From NCBI GenBank assembly GCA_017654855.1, contig CM030338.1:3844001-3908000 (forward strand): a stretch of DNA of 64,000 bases, read 5' to 3'. This DNA is from Podospora anserina. Its lineage: Eukaryota. Shown here one piece after another: positions 36,458-50,215 of the stretch (positions are counted from its first letter, which is position 1; each line of letters begins with the position of its first letter). The notes under the pieces are model-generated. The model was not told the DNA's origin and did not search any database. It saw only the letters and a program-made list of their open reading frames with translations. Made by a program: the position numbers and the translations under genes.

Positions 36458-38276
36458 TTAGTAAGAGTAGCGGAACCCCTTGTTCTCCTTGTCCGTCATC
36501 CGGGTCCACACCTCGGGCGACATGAAGGCGTCCTCATTCTCGTTGTCGGCGCGGTTATTTCGCTTCTTGTTTTGCCAGACATAGTAAAGGAAGAGGACAA
36601 AGGTGACGAGCGCGCAGCCGGCCTGGGTACCCATGACGGCGAGCTTGGCAGGGCGGTAGTCGGGGGCATCACGAGCCTGGAAGGTCTGGGGGCCGATGAT
36701 GTTGCCGAGGGAGAAGGACCCGCTGATGATGGCGGCAGCGAAGGCGCGCTTGGTCGCACCGGCAATGTTGGCGACAGTCCAGTTGTAGAAGATGGCGAGG
36801 GGGGCCACAACGGCGTTGACGAGGTAGATACCGGCCAGGATACCGTTGGTGTTGTCCTTGGGTAAGAAACTCATGAGTCCGCCCCCCACTATGGCTGGGA
36901 GAATGCAGACGATAATCCAGGCCCAGCGGTGGGACTGGAAACGGATGCCCCATCCGACCAGCAGGGTGAAGAAGATGCTCACGACACCAGAAGGTGTGTT
37001 CATAAGGGCAGCCTTCTTGGAGTCATAGCCGGGAAGGTTGCGGATGAGAGTGGCCGAGTAAGTGGTGACAACACCGCTGGAGACGGAGAGCTAAGAAAAT
37101 GTTAGCAACTCTTCACCGCAACCTAAGCACAGTAGCGAGGTATGGCTTACCAAGATGACAGCGAGGAGCAGGAGATACACCTGGGGATCAGTCAAGGCTT
37201 CCAAGATCTCCTTTCCGCGGAACTTGCGGTTCTCAACACCAGTCTGGTTGACACTGACGTGCTTCAACAGGGCAACCTTCTCATTGTCAGACATCCACTT
37301 AGCCTGCATAGGGGTGTCAGGAAGAAAGATGATGACGCAAGAGCCGACGACGACGGTGAGCAGACCGAGAGTCAAAAACATGGTGCGCCATCCAGAGAGA
37401 CGAGCGTCGGGACCCATGTGCTGGAAGCCAAACGACACAAGACCACCGATGATCTGACCGAGACCCAGACCAAGATACCAGAAGGAGAAGCGCGGCGCAG
37501 ACTCGGATTTAGTGTACCACATACTGCTGATAATCATCAAACTTGGTGCAATCGTTGCCTCGAAGATACCCAGGAAGATGCGGGAGACAAGGAGAGTCTG
37601 ATAGTTGGTGGCCGCGGCACCGCAGGCGGTAGCGGTACCCCAGAGGATCACATTGAGGCCGAGCCATTTTGCGGCAGGAACGGCTTGAAGGAACCAAACT
37701 GTAAAGTCGTGCTGTTAGTTGTGAAAGATGCAGTAGTTGTGATGCCTTGTGAGTAGGACAAGATGCAGGGGCTGCTTACTGTTGGGAATCTCGAAGCAAA
37801 GTAAAGCGACAAACAGAAAAGTTGCTGTGTTACTGAAGTCATTCCCTCCCATATTGAGGTCTTTTTGCAATCCCATTACGTTGGCGTACTTGAGGTCGTT
37901 AGCTGGCTGCATGTGGTGACTTGTGGGGTGATGCCGTGCGTCGTGGGCCGCGGCTGGCACCAATATCAACACGTGTGGGGGCATGAAAACGTACATTGAG
38001 AATGACCTTGTCCAGAAACTGGAGGGTATAGCACAAGAACATCAAGGGGACGATGCGGAAGTCGATTCTTCTTCGCAGGGCCGCGAGGTCCACGTACTCG
38101 CCGGTGCCATTGGCATTGTCTCTGTGTTGGTCGAGGAACTTCCAGGCGAGATCAACACCACCACCGTTGGAGGCGGCATCCGAGTCGACAGAACGAACGA
38201 CCTCGGGGCCGTGCTCCTTGACGTCCTTGGTGGAACTCTTGGAGTCCTTGATGCTGCCCTTCTCTGAGGACGACAT
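36458..38276 (-). CDS. MFS transporter, anion:cation symporter (Dal5/allantoate permease-like) family
   Basis: LRRRIDFRIVPLMFLCYTLQFLDKVILN-YANVMG, RIFLGIFEA, WYTKSE..PR, NIAGATKR, GNIIGPQTF...APDY. Confidence 0.9.
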
Positions 38277-39700
38277 GGTGGATGAGTGTGTGAGAGGGTG
38301 AGAAAGGGAAGTGATGAGCAATCTGGCAGAGACAGAAGGCTCGAGGAAGAATGCAAGAAGAAGGGGGGGAAGCGGGAGGGATCGGCCTAGCGGGACCGAG
38401 AGGGTGCCACTGTGCAGTGCCGAAGAGGAAAGGGTGAGGGCGGGATTTCTTCAGGAAGGAGAGAAGATCAACCGCTGAAAATGAAACATGGCACGCTCTC
38501 TCTCCCTCTCACTCTGGAGCGAGGTGCGATGTCTTTAAAAACGGCATGTTCGCCATGCAGTTGGTTCCCCCCGGTGCTGCTCCAACATATTGGACATGGG
38601 GACCGACATTGCAGGACGAGACGTCTGGATGCAGCTGATTCGATAGAGGCGTCGAAATGGGAAATAGCTGCAACAGTAACACGCACAGTGTCTCCTGTGG
38701 GGGTCAATGTATGCGGAATCTGGAGCGGAACAAGGGGTGTTTACCCTGGCGCCACCGCCAAGAGGGGTGCTCTCTGCTGGACGGAACACCTCCCCGGCTG
38801 CATCTCGAGCCAGTGCCGAGACGGCACAGCAAGAGATATTTGCTCTGCAACCTCTGCGACCCCGACACAGCGGCTGCCAGGTTACATCGCTACCATCAAA
38901 CTATGTCAACCACACCCAATCACCCCATGCTGTATCTACAGAAGAGAAGTTCCTGCAGACCACCACCCTGGCCTCCAGAAATACACTGGAAACACCGACG
39001 GACCTTTCGCGACCTGCATATTGTTCGCAGGGGAATCCAGGACGCGAACTCGGCCGGGGAGGGTGGGCTACCATTGGGATTTCTATTGCCTTCAGCCTGC
39101 AGTCAGCAGGAGCGGCCGTCAATGCAGTCGACATTCAAGCAAGGGCAAGGGCAGGCAGGGCCTGGTCGCGGTCTCTCTCTCTCAGACTCCCTCGCAACTT
39201 GGATGACAGGGAGGGAGTGCGTGTTTCGATGCAAGGGACACACTCTCCGGAGGCATCGAACCTTCTTCTCCGTCTCGGATGTTCTTATCATGCTCTCCCA
39301 CGGTTCCCACGCTGACCCCTGAGATGACGAGATGATGCTTTGTGGTCGCGAGACGGTTGACCGTTGTTGATGGCTGTACCGTTAACCAGAGGCACCGAGA
39401 AGACAACGACGGTGTAACCTTGGGTGTTTCTGGCAGCCCATGGGGATGTGAGGGGGTTTTTTCGATTGACCTTTAAACATAATCGATCTTGCTCCTCGAT
39501 GGGGAATCTCACGGCTGATCTCCCGTCGGACCCTTCACTTCTCGCTATCCTCATTCCAGCAGCTTGAGCTGCCGATCAGTCTGCCTCACTTCGCCAGACT
39601 CCCCAAACCCCCCCCCGTTCCGCTGTTCTTTCCCCCGTTCGTTCCCCAGCGTCATTGGGAAAAGCAACCGCCGTCAAGTAGACACTGGCTGTCGTACAAA

Positions 39701-40900
39701 ATGGTTTGGGTCGACAACGCAACACCGGAGGTGGACGCCATTTCCCAGTGGAGGACCATCGTCACCATCTGCGCCGTCCTCTCGTTTTTCTCCGTCGTTA
39801 TTGTCTCAGCCCGGTTATGGATTCGCGACAAAAATCATGGCCTCGCCGCCGATGACTGGATGTCAGCCATTTCCATGGTGTTTGGACTGCTTTATTCGGT
39901 CCTCTGCATCGTCCGTACGTGGTGCTTTCCCACTGCCCCTTGAGCTTCATGTGAGACCAAGACTGACTCGTATGGCTTGCGTATAGAAACGAAATATGGC
40001 CTCGGGTTACCGATCGCTCTCCGCCCCAAAGAGAACCTGCTTCCCTACAGCCGCAGCAACTTTGCTGGTCGCCCCATCTATCAGATGGGCATCAGCTTCT
40101 TCAAAGTGGCCTTGTTGATCAGTTATCTCCGACTTTTCAAGGGCACAAACCACCTCTGGTACCGAAGGGTTGTCTGGATCGCCATGTTCTTTGTCGTGGC
40201 CGGCCACTTGGGATGCTCGCTCACGCTGATCTTTGCATGCAACCCCGTTCACAAATCATGGGATCCCAGGGTCGACGGAAAATGCCTGGCGCCAGGACCG
40301 TCATTCACAGCCTATGCCATCGTCACGATTATTTCTGATGTCATCGTCGCCATCATTCCTATCCCTGTGCTCCTCCAGCTCAAGGTCAGCAGGGGCAAGA
40401 AAATCGGTCTCATCGTCATCTTCTTGCTCGGCCTCTTTACCACGCTTTGCTCCGTCTTCCGGTACATGCAAATCGACAATATCCAAAACGGCGATGGTAA
40501 TTCTACCATGCTCATCGTCTGGGGGGTCATTGAGTTCAACGTGGGCAACATGGTTTCTTCTCTCCCTTTCCTGGCGCCTATCTTCCTCCGAAAGGCCAAG
40601 GAGTACACCAGCAAGTACTCTGGTGGCAGTGGCAATGGTTACCCCAGCGCCGGGGGCAGCAATGGTCGCAAGTTGGGCGGCGGCAAGTCTGGCAGCGATG
40701 CCTACAAACTGAGCAACATTTCGAGTGGGTTGGGTCGCAAGGGCACTTTCATCTCATCCAAAGGACATCCCGGTCATAGTATGGGCAGCGAGGAGAACAT
40801 CCTCAAGGACAGCCCCGATGGATCCATCATGAAGAGTGTCACCTACAGTGTCCATGTCGATGAGAGTGAGCGACGCACTCAACGTGGGGACAGAGACTAA
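39701..40900 (+). CDS. PTH11-like (fungal rhodopsin domain) integral membrane protein, no CFEM
   Basis: VSARLWIR...AADDW, FKVALLISYLRLF, IFACNPV...WD....GKC, SDVIVAIIPIP, WGVIEFNVG; one intron near 39915-39985. Confidence 0.9.
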
Positions 40901-41887
40901 TTTGGGATATTCGAGTTTTGGTGGAGTCACAACCATCAACTAGATCTAGATGACGCTGAGACGACGCGGGATATGGTTGGAAAACTAGGTAGGCGTCAGG
41001 GAGCGAAACCTTTGCTTCTGGGAACTTTTGGACATGACTTTTGGGACTGCGGATACCAGAAAAAACAGACTTGTATTTTTTATTCGACTTATGAGCGATG
41101 TATTTTTACACAACCAAGATATGGCACAGGGCTCAGAAAGAGACCCTTTACACACCGATCAATGAAAACTTCAAATTGTGACTTTGTATCCTGGACCGAC
41201 CATAACCGGGTTTCACATGCCACGCGCGTTTTTCAAACACACCTGGGTATTTCAAAACCTCCAGCATTGCTTGTTTAACGCACCAGGTTGATTGTAACAT
41301 TGACCAATGTCATTAATATCATTATCGGTCATCTTCCAAGGAGGACTCTACCTCGACTTCTACAACCTCAAACACCACATAAACTCTGCAAAAAAAAGAA
41401 AAAAGAATTTACCCTCGAAACAAACATCTGACACCTTCATCCATGCGATCCAATCACGATCTCGTACCCTGCCATTCTTCAAGATTCGACATCGCCCCCC
41501 TATCCTTGTTTTTACACCAAAAAACTCCACCACTGCACTTCCCGCCTCTCCCCGCGCGATTTTTCCACTCCACCTCCCCTTTTTTCATTTGCCCCCCTCC
41601 GAAACGTTTCGTATCCACAGAGTCCACATTCAACGTCAACACGAACCACAGCTTAATTCAACGCAGCAGTCAGTCGCAAGCAAAGCCCAGGTTGTCAAAA
41701 TTGCTACTGTAGCAGTGACATATCAGGATTTTTTTGGGGATTTTTTTTTACAGGCTGGATTTCGGTGTTGTAGAAACTGCAACTGTGACACCCACCATTT
41801 TTTCCTTTTCTTTTCTTTTCTTTTCTTTTGTTTTACTTGTGCTATGCAATGTACGAGGTGACATCCAACTCAGCGGAGTGTGTTGTT

Positions 41888-43283
41888 CTAGACAATCAAC
41901 TTCATGGTTCCCTCATCAAACCCCACGTTCATCGCCCTCTTGCTGAGAAGTGGACTCGCCGGCCCAATCTTTTCCCATTCGTGAGCATCCAGGCAGGCCT
42001 GTCTCGAAGCAAGTACGGCAGGTCTCGTTCTCGCCACCGCTTTGTCTTCGTAGCCGTCAAGTGCAACCCTCATGTCTGTCGGGGATCCATCGAGGTGGGG
42101 GATGACAGTGTCGACAAACTCTTTGACGTCAATGATGGCGTGGTTGGCGCCTTCTCCTCTGTCTGTTTATTGTCAGCTAGGGTGGATGAGATAGGGGTGG
42201 GAAGAGCAACATACACATGGCCATCGGGTGAAGAGCATCTCCCATCAGGACAACCTTGCCAGTCGTCCGAAGGTCCTTTGGGGGAGGCCAGTCGTACAAG
42301 TCCAGGCATTTCACCTCGGTCGTCTGCTCAGGGATTGTCATGGCGAGGGACCGGAACGGCTCGGCCCATGTTGACGCAAAAGCCTTGATCAACTTGATGC
42401 TGTCAAGATTCGTCTCTGGATATGTGATCGGGGCGGCAGAGTTGAAGAAATTGTCCCGAACAGGCCATGAGACGACAATCTGGCAGGTGTAGGTGTCCCT
42501 GCCTGTGCCGTTTCCAGGGGCATCGAGTGCTTTGGTGCCTGATGTTAGCTTTGTGTGACACCACTCTCAGGGTCAAAAAAAAAAAAGGGGGCACTCACTG
42601 CTAAAGTAAACAAACGTATCATTCTCCGACGCGGCTCCCTGGAGGAAATACGGATCGAGCTTTCTCAGCGGCTCGATCTCTTCAGGCGTGCACTCAACCT
42701 TGACACCCATCAACCGGACCGGAATCTTGAACTTTTCGCTGTCGGGGAACAGCACCTGTCTCAGCCGTGAACTCCCGCCATCACAAGCAACAACCAAACT
42801 TCCCTCCTCCGACACTGTCCCATCCTCAAAATGAACTCTCACCGAACCGTCCTGCTCATCCGTTTCGAACTTGCCGGTAGCGCCCTTTCCGAACTGGATA
42901 TCCAACCCAGTGGCCAGTAACCGTCGAAACTTATCCCTGCTCACTCTGATACGCTGAGACTCATCCGCGTTTGGGGTGGAGGCCTTCAGCTCACCAGTGC
43001 TGAGGTCGTAAAAGGGAAACGTCGAAGGCCGCCCTTCTTCCACGGCGGACCGGTCGACATAGGCCTCTGGGAGACGGGAGACCAGATCGTCAGGAAGAAG
43101 AGACCGGACAGCGGGCAGTGACCAATGAAGGGTGAGGCCCCAGCCGAGACCGCGGGTGTCCAAGTCCGAGTCGCGCTCGTAGAGGCGGAAGGGGATGGAC
43201 GACTTGCGGAGGTGCTGGGCCAGGAGGAGGCCGCTTATCCCCGAGCCCACGATCAGGATGGGTTTCTGGTTGGTGCTGCCCAT
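41888..43283 (-). CDS. FAD-dependent monooxygenase
   Basis: ILIVGSGISGL, YERD, VACDGGSS, VVLMGDALHPM; multi-exon. Confidence 0.9.
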
Positions 43284-44595
43284 GTTTGCTCTGGCTGGTG
43301 GCTTTCGATAACAATCTCGCCGTCCCTTGGAAGGAAACTAATAACTGCTCCTTCTGTTTGTGTTCCTCCTTGCCTTGATATCTCCCCACGAAATGATATG
43401 CCAATATTCCCAAGTGGTCAACCTGGCATTATCATAATTCCCGCGGATCCGGTATCCTAGCACGGACTGGCGCGTGTGTGTGCAGCGTGGTGATGGCCCA
43501 ATATTCAACTGTGCTATCTGTGAAGGTGGTGGTCATTGGACCCTGGAGTGGTGCCATGGGTGTCAAGGGTTCTGGTGTTGTACTGGAATGGAATGCTTGG
43601 AAAGGGCGCAGGATTGATCCCCCCGCCGGGCCTTTCCGACCCATGGTTGCTCCTCCCCCACGATGCGACGCTGATGAGATTCAGTTGGACTGGCCGTGGG
43701 GACAAGGGGACTAAACACACCCCTGCCTTGCCCTGCGTGAATCCATGTCCAATTGTCTCTTTCGGACTCGCCCCGATGCGTGGAGCTAGCAGCCAACACG
43801 CGCATTTTGTTGATAAACGATACGAAAAATCGACAGGTTTTCTGCAATGAAAGTACAGAAGCTGCAGATAGAGACCCTCATCTCCAGTCAGGTCTGCAGT
43901 TGCAGTGACCAACATGAATCAGCTAGCGGCCTTTCGTGGTTGCACGGAACCGGACTGCTGGGATCGAGATCCGTCTTTTCTTGCTGTCGTTTGTTCTTGG
44001 TTGAGACCCTCTCTCTCTCTTTTTCTTTTTTTTTTTGCTTTTTCTTTTAGTTACCTCATGTTGGTGATGTGATAATTCTTGTGGGGGAAGAAGCTGGGCT
44101 GGAACATCAATGGTATGATGTGGAAATCCCATGGTATGATATCACACGATGTCGATGGCTTGTGGAAAAAAAGAAGAAGACGCACGAAGCGAAGTTCGTT
44201 GAGCTACTGACGCCTCTGCCGGCGCCTGGAGTGAGGTGGTGGCAGCCCTAGTTTAGATGCCGCTCTCCCGAGGAGCGTTTTTAGCTGGGCACGGCTAAAA
44301 ATGCTTGACCAACCTCCGTTGTCGGTGATTTTCTCTGGTTTCCATGACTGCAACATCAGAAATTTCCATGCTACTACCTATTGTATATCTCATCAACCCG
44401 TTACATACTTCAAACTCGGTTGTCACTGTGGCCTTTAATAGTAGCTATATGCTTGACCGGGCTTTATCAGGAGAATCCTCCCCAACTCTCAACCACGGGC
44501 AACCCGGTGATTATTCTACTTTTCAGATACCGGTAGCCTCTGTCCGCTCGGACCCTTCCCTCCGAGGTGGCTACTAGAACGGCTAGAACACAGCT

Positions 44596-45123
44596 CTAGC
44601 GACCCCTGTGGCTGATCCCGCGACGTGCCCACTCAGCAAAGGAAACGTCAGCAAGCCACCCCCGGAAAGGTCCCCCGGTCGCTGCTCTACAGTCAAATAT
44701 TGACCGAGGTGACACTGTGCTCGATGCCTGCAGACCTTGCTCCGTCAGGCCATTCCTGCTCAAGAAATTGTCAGGTTGCAGCTTCCTCTCGATTTGGCCG
44801 GGCCAGAAGCCCAAGAGGGTGTCCAGTTGTTCCTCTGCGATCACCAGGGTCTTTTCCAGAAGTTCTCGAGATCGGAGTGTGGCCAGGGCAGTCAGGTCTT
44901 TGGACATATTGAGCAAAATCCTGGCTTTCGTGGGCAACCTACGGAGTACATACCTCGGTGAATCCCCGTCCTTGCTTACCTCGGCCACCAAAATTCCCGG
45001 TTCCAGTCCCCTCCGTTCCACCTCCTCTCCCAACAGCTTCCGGTTGCGGCACCGCGAGCCGGTGTCCAGTGTATTGCTCCCGCGCAGGCCGCGGCAAACC
45101 AAGTGCATGAACCGGGACGGCAT
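44596..45123 (-). CDS. Hypothetical protein or gene fragment
   Basis: 175-codon reading frame with protein-like composition; no family recognised and start uncertain. Confidence 0.3.
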   Translation of the reverse strand: MPSRFMHLVCRGLRGSNTLDTGSRCRNRKLLGEEVERRGLEPGILVAEVSKDGDSPRYVLRRLPTKARILLNMSKDLTALATLRSRELLEKTLVIAEEQLDTLLGFWPGQIERKLQPDNFLSRNGLTEQGLQASSTVSPRSIFDCRAATGGPFRGWLADVSFAEWARRGISHRGR

Positions 45124-46170
45124 TCAAGAACTTCCCTCTGAAACAACCCTCCCCTGATGATAGGTACTTTGTGTATGCGCATAATTCGCCCACCGGGGTG
45201 CCCTGCCTTCCAATGCAGACAACGCACAAAGTGAGACGCCACAACAAGCCCATCGCCAATCTTTGGGCACAGCCATCAGAACGGTTTAGCTCCACGTCTG
45301 GACTATGTGCGAGCTGAATAGATAGGTAGACAAACTACGAATACGATGAGTAGAATTGGACTTGGGAAAGATGGGGAAGTTTGCGAGTGAGTGACCCCCA
45401 CGCTCAATACCTTACTGATAGCAGCAGCGAAAGCCGGTATTTATTGGTGGTAATCTCGGCCATCATCTTTGGAGGATTGCAGACACCTGGATGTGTGGCT
45501 TGCGAGGAAATCGCTAGCTAGAATCACATTCTGATCGAGATGATGTTGACACCCAAGACACCTACCTCGAAATATGCAATGCTTCTCAACTGTCACACCG
45601 AGAAACAGAGCTTTCAGGCGGTCTGTCGAGTGTGTGCACTTTGTTATCATACAAAGGTGAAGACGTTCCTTTAAACTCAGAAGGCTGACCAGTACCAGAA
45701 CAGCCCACGGCATGGTTGTGGCACATACACACACATCACTCTCTTGGATTTTTGCGTCCCTGACGCATATGTGAGGCGTGAATTATTAGTGTCGAACGGG
45801 GATGTCCCCTCGGTCTTGGTCCCTCTTTATCGGGACCTGTTTCCGAGAATGGGGGGTTGTTGTGCCGCAAGGTCTTTTGGTATGCATCGTTTCCATCGAC
45901 TCTGTGCCCTTTGAACTACCGAAAGGGTGGTCGCAAGTTGTATCCAGCCTGAGCTCGACGGACCTGGTGGTTCCAACGGTCATCGAAAAATGCTCGACAT
46001 AAGGGCATTGGTGTGAGGTATCCGAATATACATCTCCATTTCCCCTAATCAACACAATTTCATCCCAACTCCCTGAAAGCACGAAGAGCACATGTTCTTC
46101 ACATAGGAACACCGGAACCGATTTATTGTGTGGTCTGATGCTAGGCTCTCAGTTGCAGCAGGCCCTCCCT

Positions 46171-47501
46171 TCAGAAATTTGCATCTTGCTCGCTCGACTT
46201 GCTCAACTGCCTAGTTTCGGAGATTGCCTCGTCAATCTTTGCCATGATCCAAGACTTGTTTGTATCCTGTGATAAATTGGCCGCAAGATCTTGTAGGTCC
46301 GATAGTATTGGGATGATCCGCTTCTCGGCGTGCTCTCTAAAGCTCTGTTCGATCTCAAAGTCTTCAATAACGGGCTGATAACCTGCAACATGAGAGGGTC
46401 AGTCTCCATCGAGGGAATCAGTGTGGGGACAGTACATACTCGGCGGCGGAATGTTGTAGTTTGGGTCTTCAGGAAAGAGAATATTCCACAGAGTCTGCCA
46501 CGTCATTGTTTCTGATGCCATGTGCTCCTTGAGACTCCAGGCCTGCTCAAAGCCCACTCCATCTTCAAAACTAAACTGGCGCTCTGAAACTACCTGGCAT
46601 ATTTCTTCTGGCGGTAACTGTGCATGTGTCTCAAGCAATCCCCGACTGGTAAAAAAGACATGACATCTTGGACAGCGGTGCTCCTGAGAGTGCATCTGTA
46701 ACACATGGTCGCTATTGTAGAGCTGTCAGCCTTTGGTGGGTAATGTGGCAATCATACCTAGCAACAATACTTACACAACTAGACTGATACTATTAAATCC
46801 GTCAATAGCACAGAATTGGTAATCTCTGATATTGAACCTATGAGGATTTCGCTTTCGAAAGGGGCATGCGTAGAACACGGTCGTTCCAACTCCGTGAAGC
46901 TGGTCACCCTCCCTGCCAGGTTCCGGCATGCCGACATGTACACGAGGGTTCACGAGTTTCGGACTATCTTTATGCCTTGAAGTAGTCATTCTCGGCTCGT
47001 GGTATGAAACAGAGTGTTCGGAATGAGGATTGGAGGCGGTAATATTTGAGACTGATGGCCCCGCCAGAGCAGTGGATGTTGCCTCGGGGTCATTATCGTT
47101 TCTTGGAGAAGTTGCCTGTGGGCTTGGTGCGGACGTTTGATAGCCTCTATCACTTGTTAGTCGTCCAAGAGTGTACAGGGGGCATGTTGAGGTTTTTCAT
47201 ACGGAGCAGCAGAAAGTTGTCCCCCTTTGTACTTGTTGATATTCCATTTGCTCTTCCCGAGACGATGGACATATTGTCGACGACTGTTCGGGTTAGCAAG
47301 TACGCTGAAGATTTGATGAATTATCTACCTCGCTTACCTAGCCTTGAAGTTGTACTCTCTTTCCATGTATTTCCTTGTGGCATCAATCGTCGATGCTCGG
47401 TATTTGGCGATTATCTGGTCTTTGAGTTCCTCCCACCGAGACTCGGGGATTCTATCTGCATGACCCCGTTCTTCCCTAAAAAAATCATTGGGTCGAGACA
47501 T
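46171..47501 (-). CDS. Clr5-domain protein with fungal zinc-finger-like region (multi-exon)
   Basis: RIPESRWEELKDQI...MEREYNFKASRRQYVHRLG..WNINKY (Clr5); FYACPFRKRNP..., HRCPRCHVFFTSRGLLETH. Introns reconstructed by hand keep the frame to TGA at 46171. Confidence 0.75.
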
Positions 47502-48092
47502 ATATGATGGGCATGGAAGTCCAAAGCTACAGCAGTGGTGAAATAACAATCAAGAGCTCAACGTGATGGATGGTATTTTGCGGAATTTGGTGATCAGTGT
47601 GGCTCCATGCTTCACTCTTCCATTCGTCAAGAGGGCCCCGCTCCAAATGGAATTTGCCAAGAGGAATTGTCAGCAACACCAATTACATATCCGCGTCATG
47701 AGTCCCCTGCTGTGACCTGACGAAGGTCCGAAATCTTGCAGTACACCAATTAAATCTTCCGTGGATTCATCACATGACTGGCACTCTGTGGATTAAAAGC
47801 TCGACTGCCCCGCTCCCGTGGAATTTGGCTTGAATTTCCATTTCCCCTCTGATCAAATTCCACGAAATTCCAATTTCCATCCCGCATCCAAATGTCGAAT
47901 CACGAGAGCACCAATGACGTCGAGGTTCAGGGAACACAGTTGTCAAGAATTCTTGTTACCAAGAAGGCAGTGGTAGCTGTTTATGGTCTTGTTCTCTCTA
48001 TCGACCTGGTGTTGTCAGCGTTGCAAGAGCAACTGCCCAGTCCTCATGCTTATAAGCTGGGACGATCTGTGTAGGTCTTGACAACCATTGCC

Positions 48093-48448
48093 ATGTCTTT
48101 GTCCTCACCTTGGAATTCCATGCACTATCCTAACAACACATTGGCCGGTAGCCTCATCGCTGTCTGGCTTATCAACACCATCATCTCGTTCCTGCTCGGC
48201 AAGGAATACCTCAAACAGTGAGATTTAATCCGTACATCCTACATGCAATGCGTGATGCTGACTTGGTCGTTCATAGAAACGCCGGCAACATCACAGTGAC
48301 ATTCATTGTGGTTGCTCTGTTTTTGAACACCGTTCTTTCAACAGTAATTGACGGTGTTAGTATTATAATGGCAGCTTTCCTTGCTGGGTATGTGTGCCCT
48401 GAGATGTTGAGAGGGCTCACTGAACGGGCTGCAATGATTGGAACATGA
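48093..48448 (+). CDS. Small hydrophobic membrane protein (2 exons)
   Basis: MSLSSPW...LIAVWLINTIISFLLG, intron GTGAGA..CTGAC..TAG, NAGNITVTFIVVALFLNTVL... Confidence 0.45.
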
Positions 48449-48685
48449 GCTACGGACAAGGTGTGAGAGCTTCACGTCAATTCCCTATGTTACACGCATG
48501 TATTTTTGACAACCATTTCTTCTTCTCTTGAGCTTCTCACATAACGAATAGCATGAATTATCATATTCTATATAAGAAGCTGTCTTTACGCCCCCCCAGC
48601 CTGCTTCTATTTTTGAGCCTGTCTGACTCTATTTAATCGTCTATTAACCTATCTCGTGCTTTTGATTCTCCATGCCTATTCATGT

Positions 48686-50215
48686 CTACACCCTCGCCAA
48701 CGCTCCCTTGAATATCTCCACAAACCTCCACACATCCTCAAACCGGCAATACATCGGCACCGGAGCCACTCTAATCACATCCGGCTTCCTCGCATCGCAG
48801 ACAACCCCCTCCTCCGCCAACACTTTACTCACACCCTCCAATATCCCCTCCCTCAGCATCAAACTCAACTGAGTCCCCCTCTCGAGCGGGTTCCCCGGCG
48901 TGATGATCCTAAAAGCCTGCTCCTCCCCCTTCCTCCCAACCCCCCCTCTGATCAGCCCCTCCAGCAAGCATTCCAGATACCCCGTCAGCACCACCGCCTT
49001 ACCCCTCAACCTCTCCATATACCTCTCCCCCACCGACTCAAACACCCCCAACGCAGCACTCACACTCGCCAGGTCAATCGCACTCGGGTTGCTCAACTGC
49101 CAGCCGCTCGCCCCCTTGCTAGGCTTGAACTCCTTCTCCATCAGAAACCTAACGGACTTGTCCGCTCCATACCAACCCTCCAACCTGTCCAGGTTTTTGG
49201 AATGGTGTTTTTGGTGAAGGAACAAGCCGGCTGTCGACCCCGGTCCGGCGTTGATGTACTTGTAGGTGCACCACACCGCGAAATCGACGTTCCAGTCGTG
49301 GAGGTGGAGTGGGACATTGCCGGCCGCGTGGGCGAGGTCCCAGCCTACGCAGGGGATGCCGAGGGAGTGGGCGTGGGCGGTGATGGTTTTGATGTCGAGG
49401 AGCTGGCCGGTGTAGTACTGGATTCCGGGGAGGAGGACGAGAGCGGTGGAGGGGGCGTGCTCGGTTATGGTGGCGAGAATGGATTCGGTGGTGAGGTAGA
49501 GGTCGGGGGTGGGTTGGATTTCGATGAGGGAGGTGGAGGGGGAGAGGTTGTGGTGGCGGATTTGGGATTGGATGGCGTACTTTGTGGGGTTAGAAGTCCG
49601 GAAAAGGGAAGAATGGGAGGGAGGAGACATACCCAGTCTGAAGGGAAGGGTTTCCACTCGATGATGACTTTGTGTCTTTCTGCTGTTGGCTTGTAGAAGG
49701 AGGCCATCATGAGGTGGAGGTTGGCGGTGAGGGTGTTCATGTAGATGATCTCTTCTGGCACAGCAGCACCAACAAGGTCGACCGATTTCCTGGCACAAGA
49801 CTCGGCCAGGTCTTGCCAGCTGGACAGAGGCGAGTTTTCGAGGGTTGAAAAGTGACCGTTGACACCGATGCTGGCCCATGTTTCTAGCTGTGACTCAAGG
49901 GCTCTTCTCACAGCTTTTGGCTGAGCGCCGAGGGAGTTTCCAACAAAGTAGATGCTCTTTTCATCTTCACTGTCGTTTTCCCCTACGAGGTTGTTAGAGT
50001 CTGCTGGTTCAAGCACAGAGGGCGCAACACATACCGGGACTGACCCCATTCAGAGCCTTCTTCTTCAACGAAGTCCTTGTGGGAATATTGAATTCTTTTC
50101 TGAGGTGGCCAAGCTTGTCTTGCTGATCAAGACTTTGAGCGTATTCAAGAGTTCCCGCTTCAGCTGGAAATGACGGCTTCTGGCCGCTCCGGAAGGCTGC
50201 TGTGAGAGAATCCAT
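48686..50215 (-). CDS. BNA5: Kynureninase (PLP-dependent)
   Basis: [74 protein letters not shown]. Confidence 0.95.

Noticed and set aside
38412-39322. Three overlapping 200-260 aa ORFs between the MFS and PTH11-like genes
   Set aside because: GC-rich divergent promoter region with no recognisable protein motifs in any frame.
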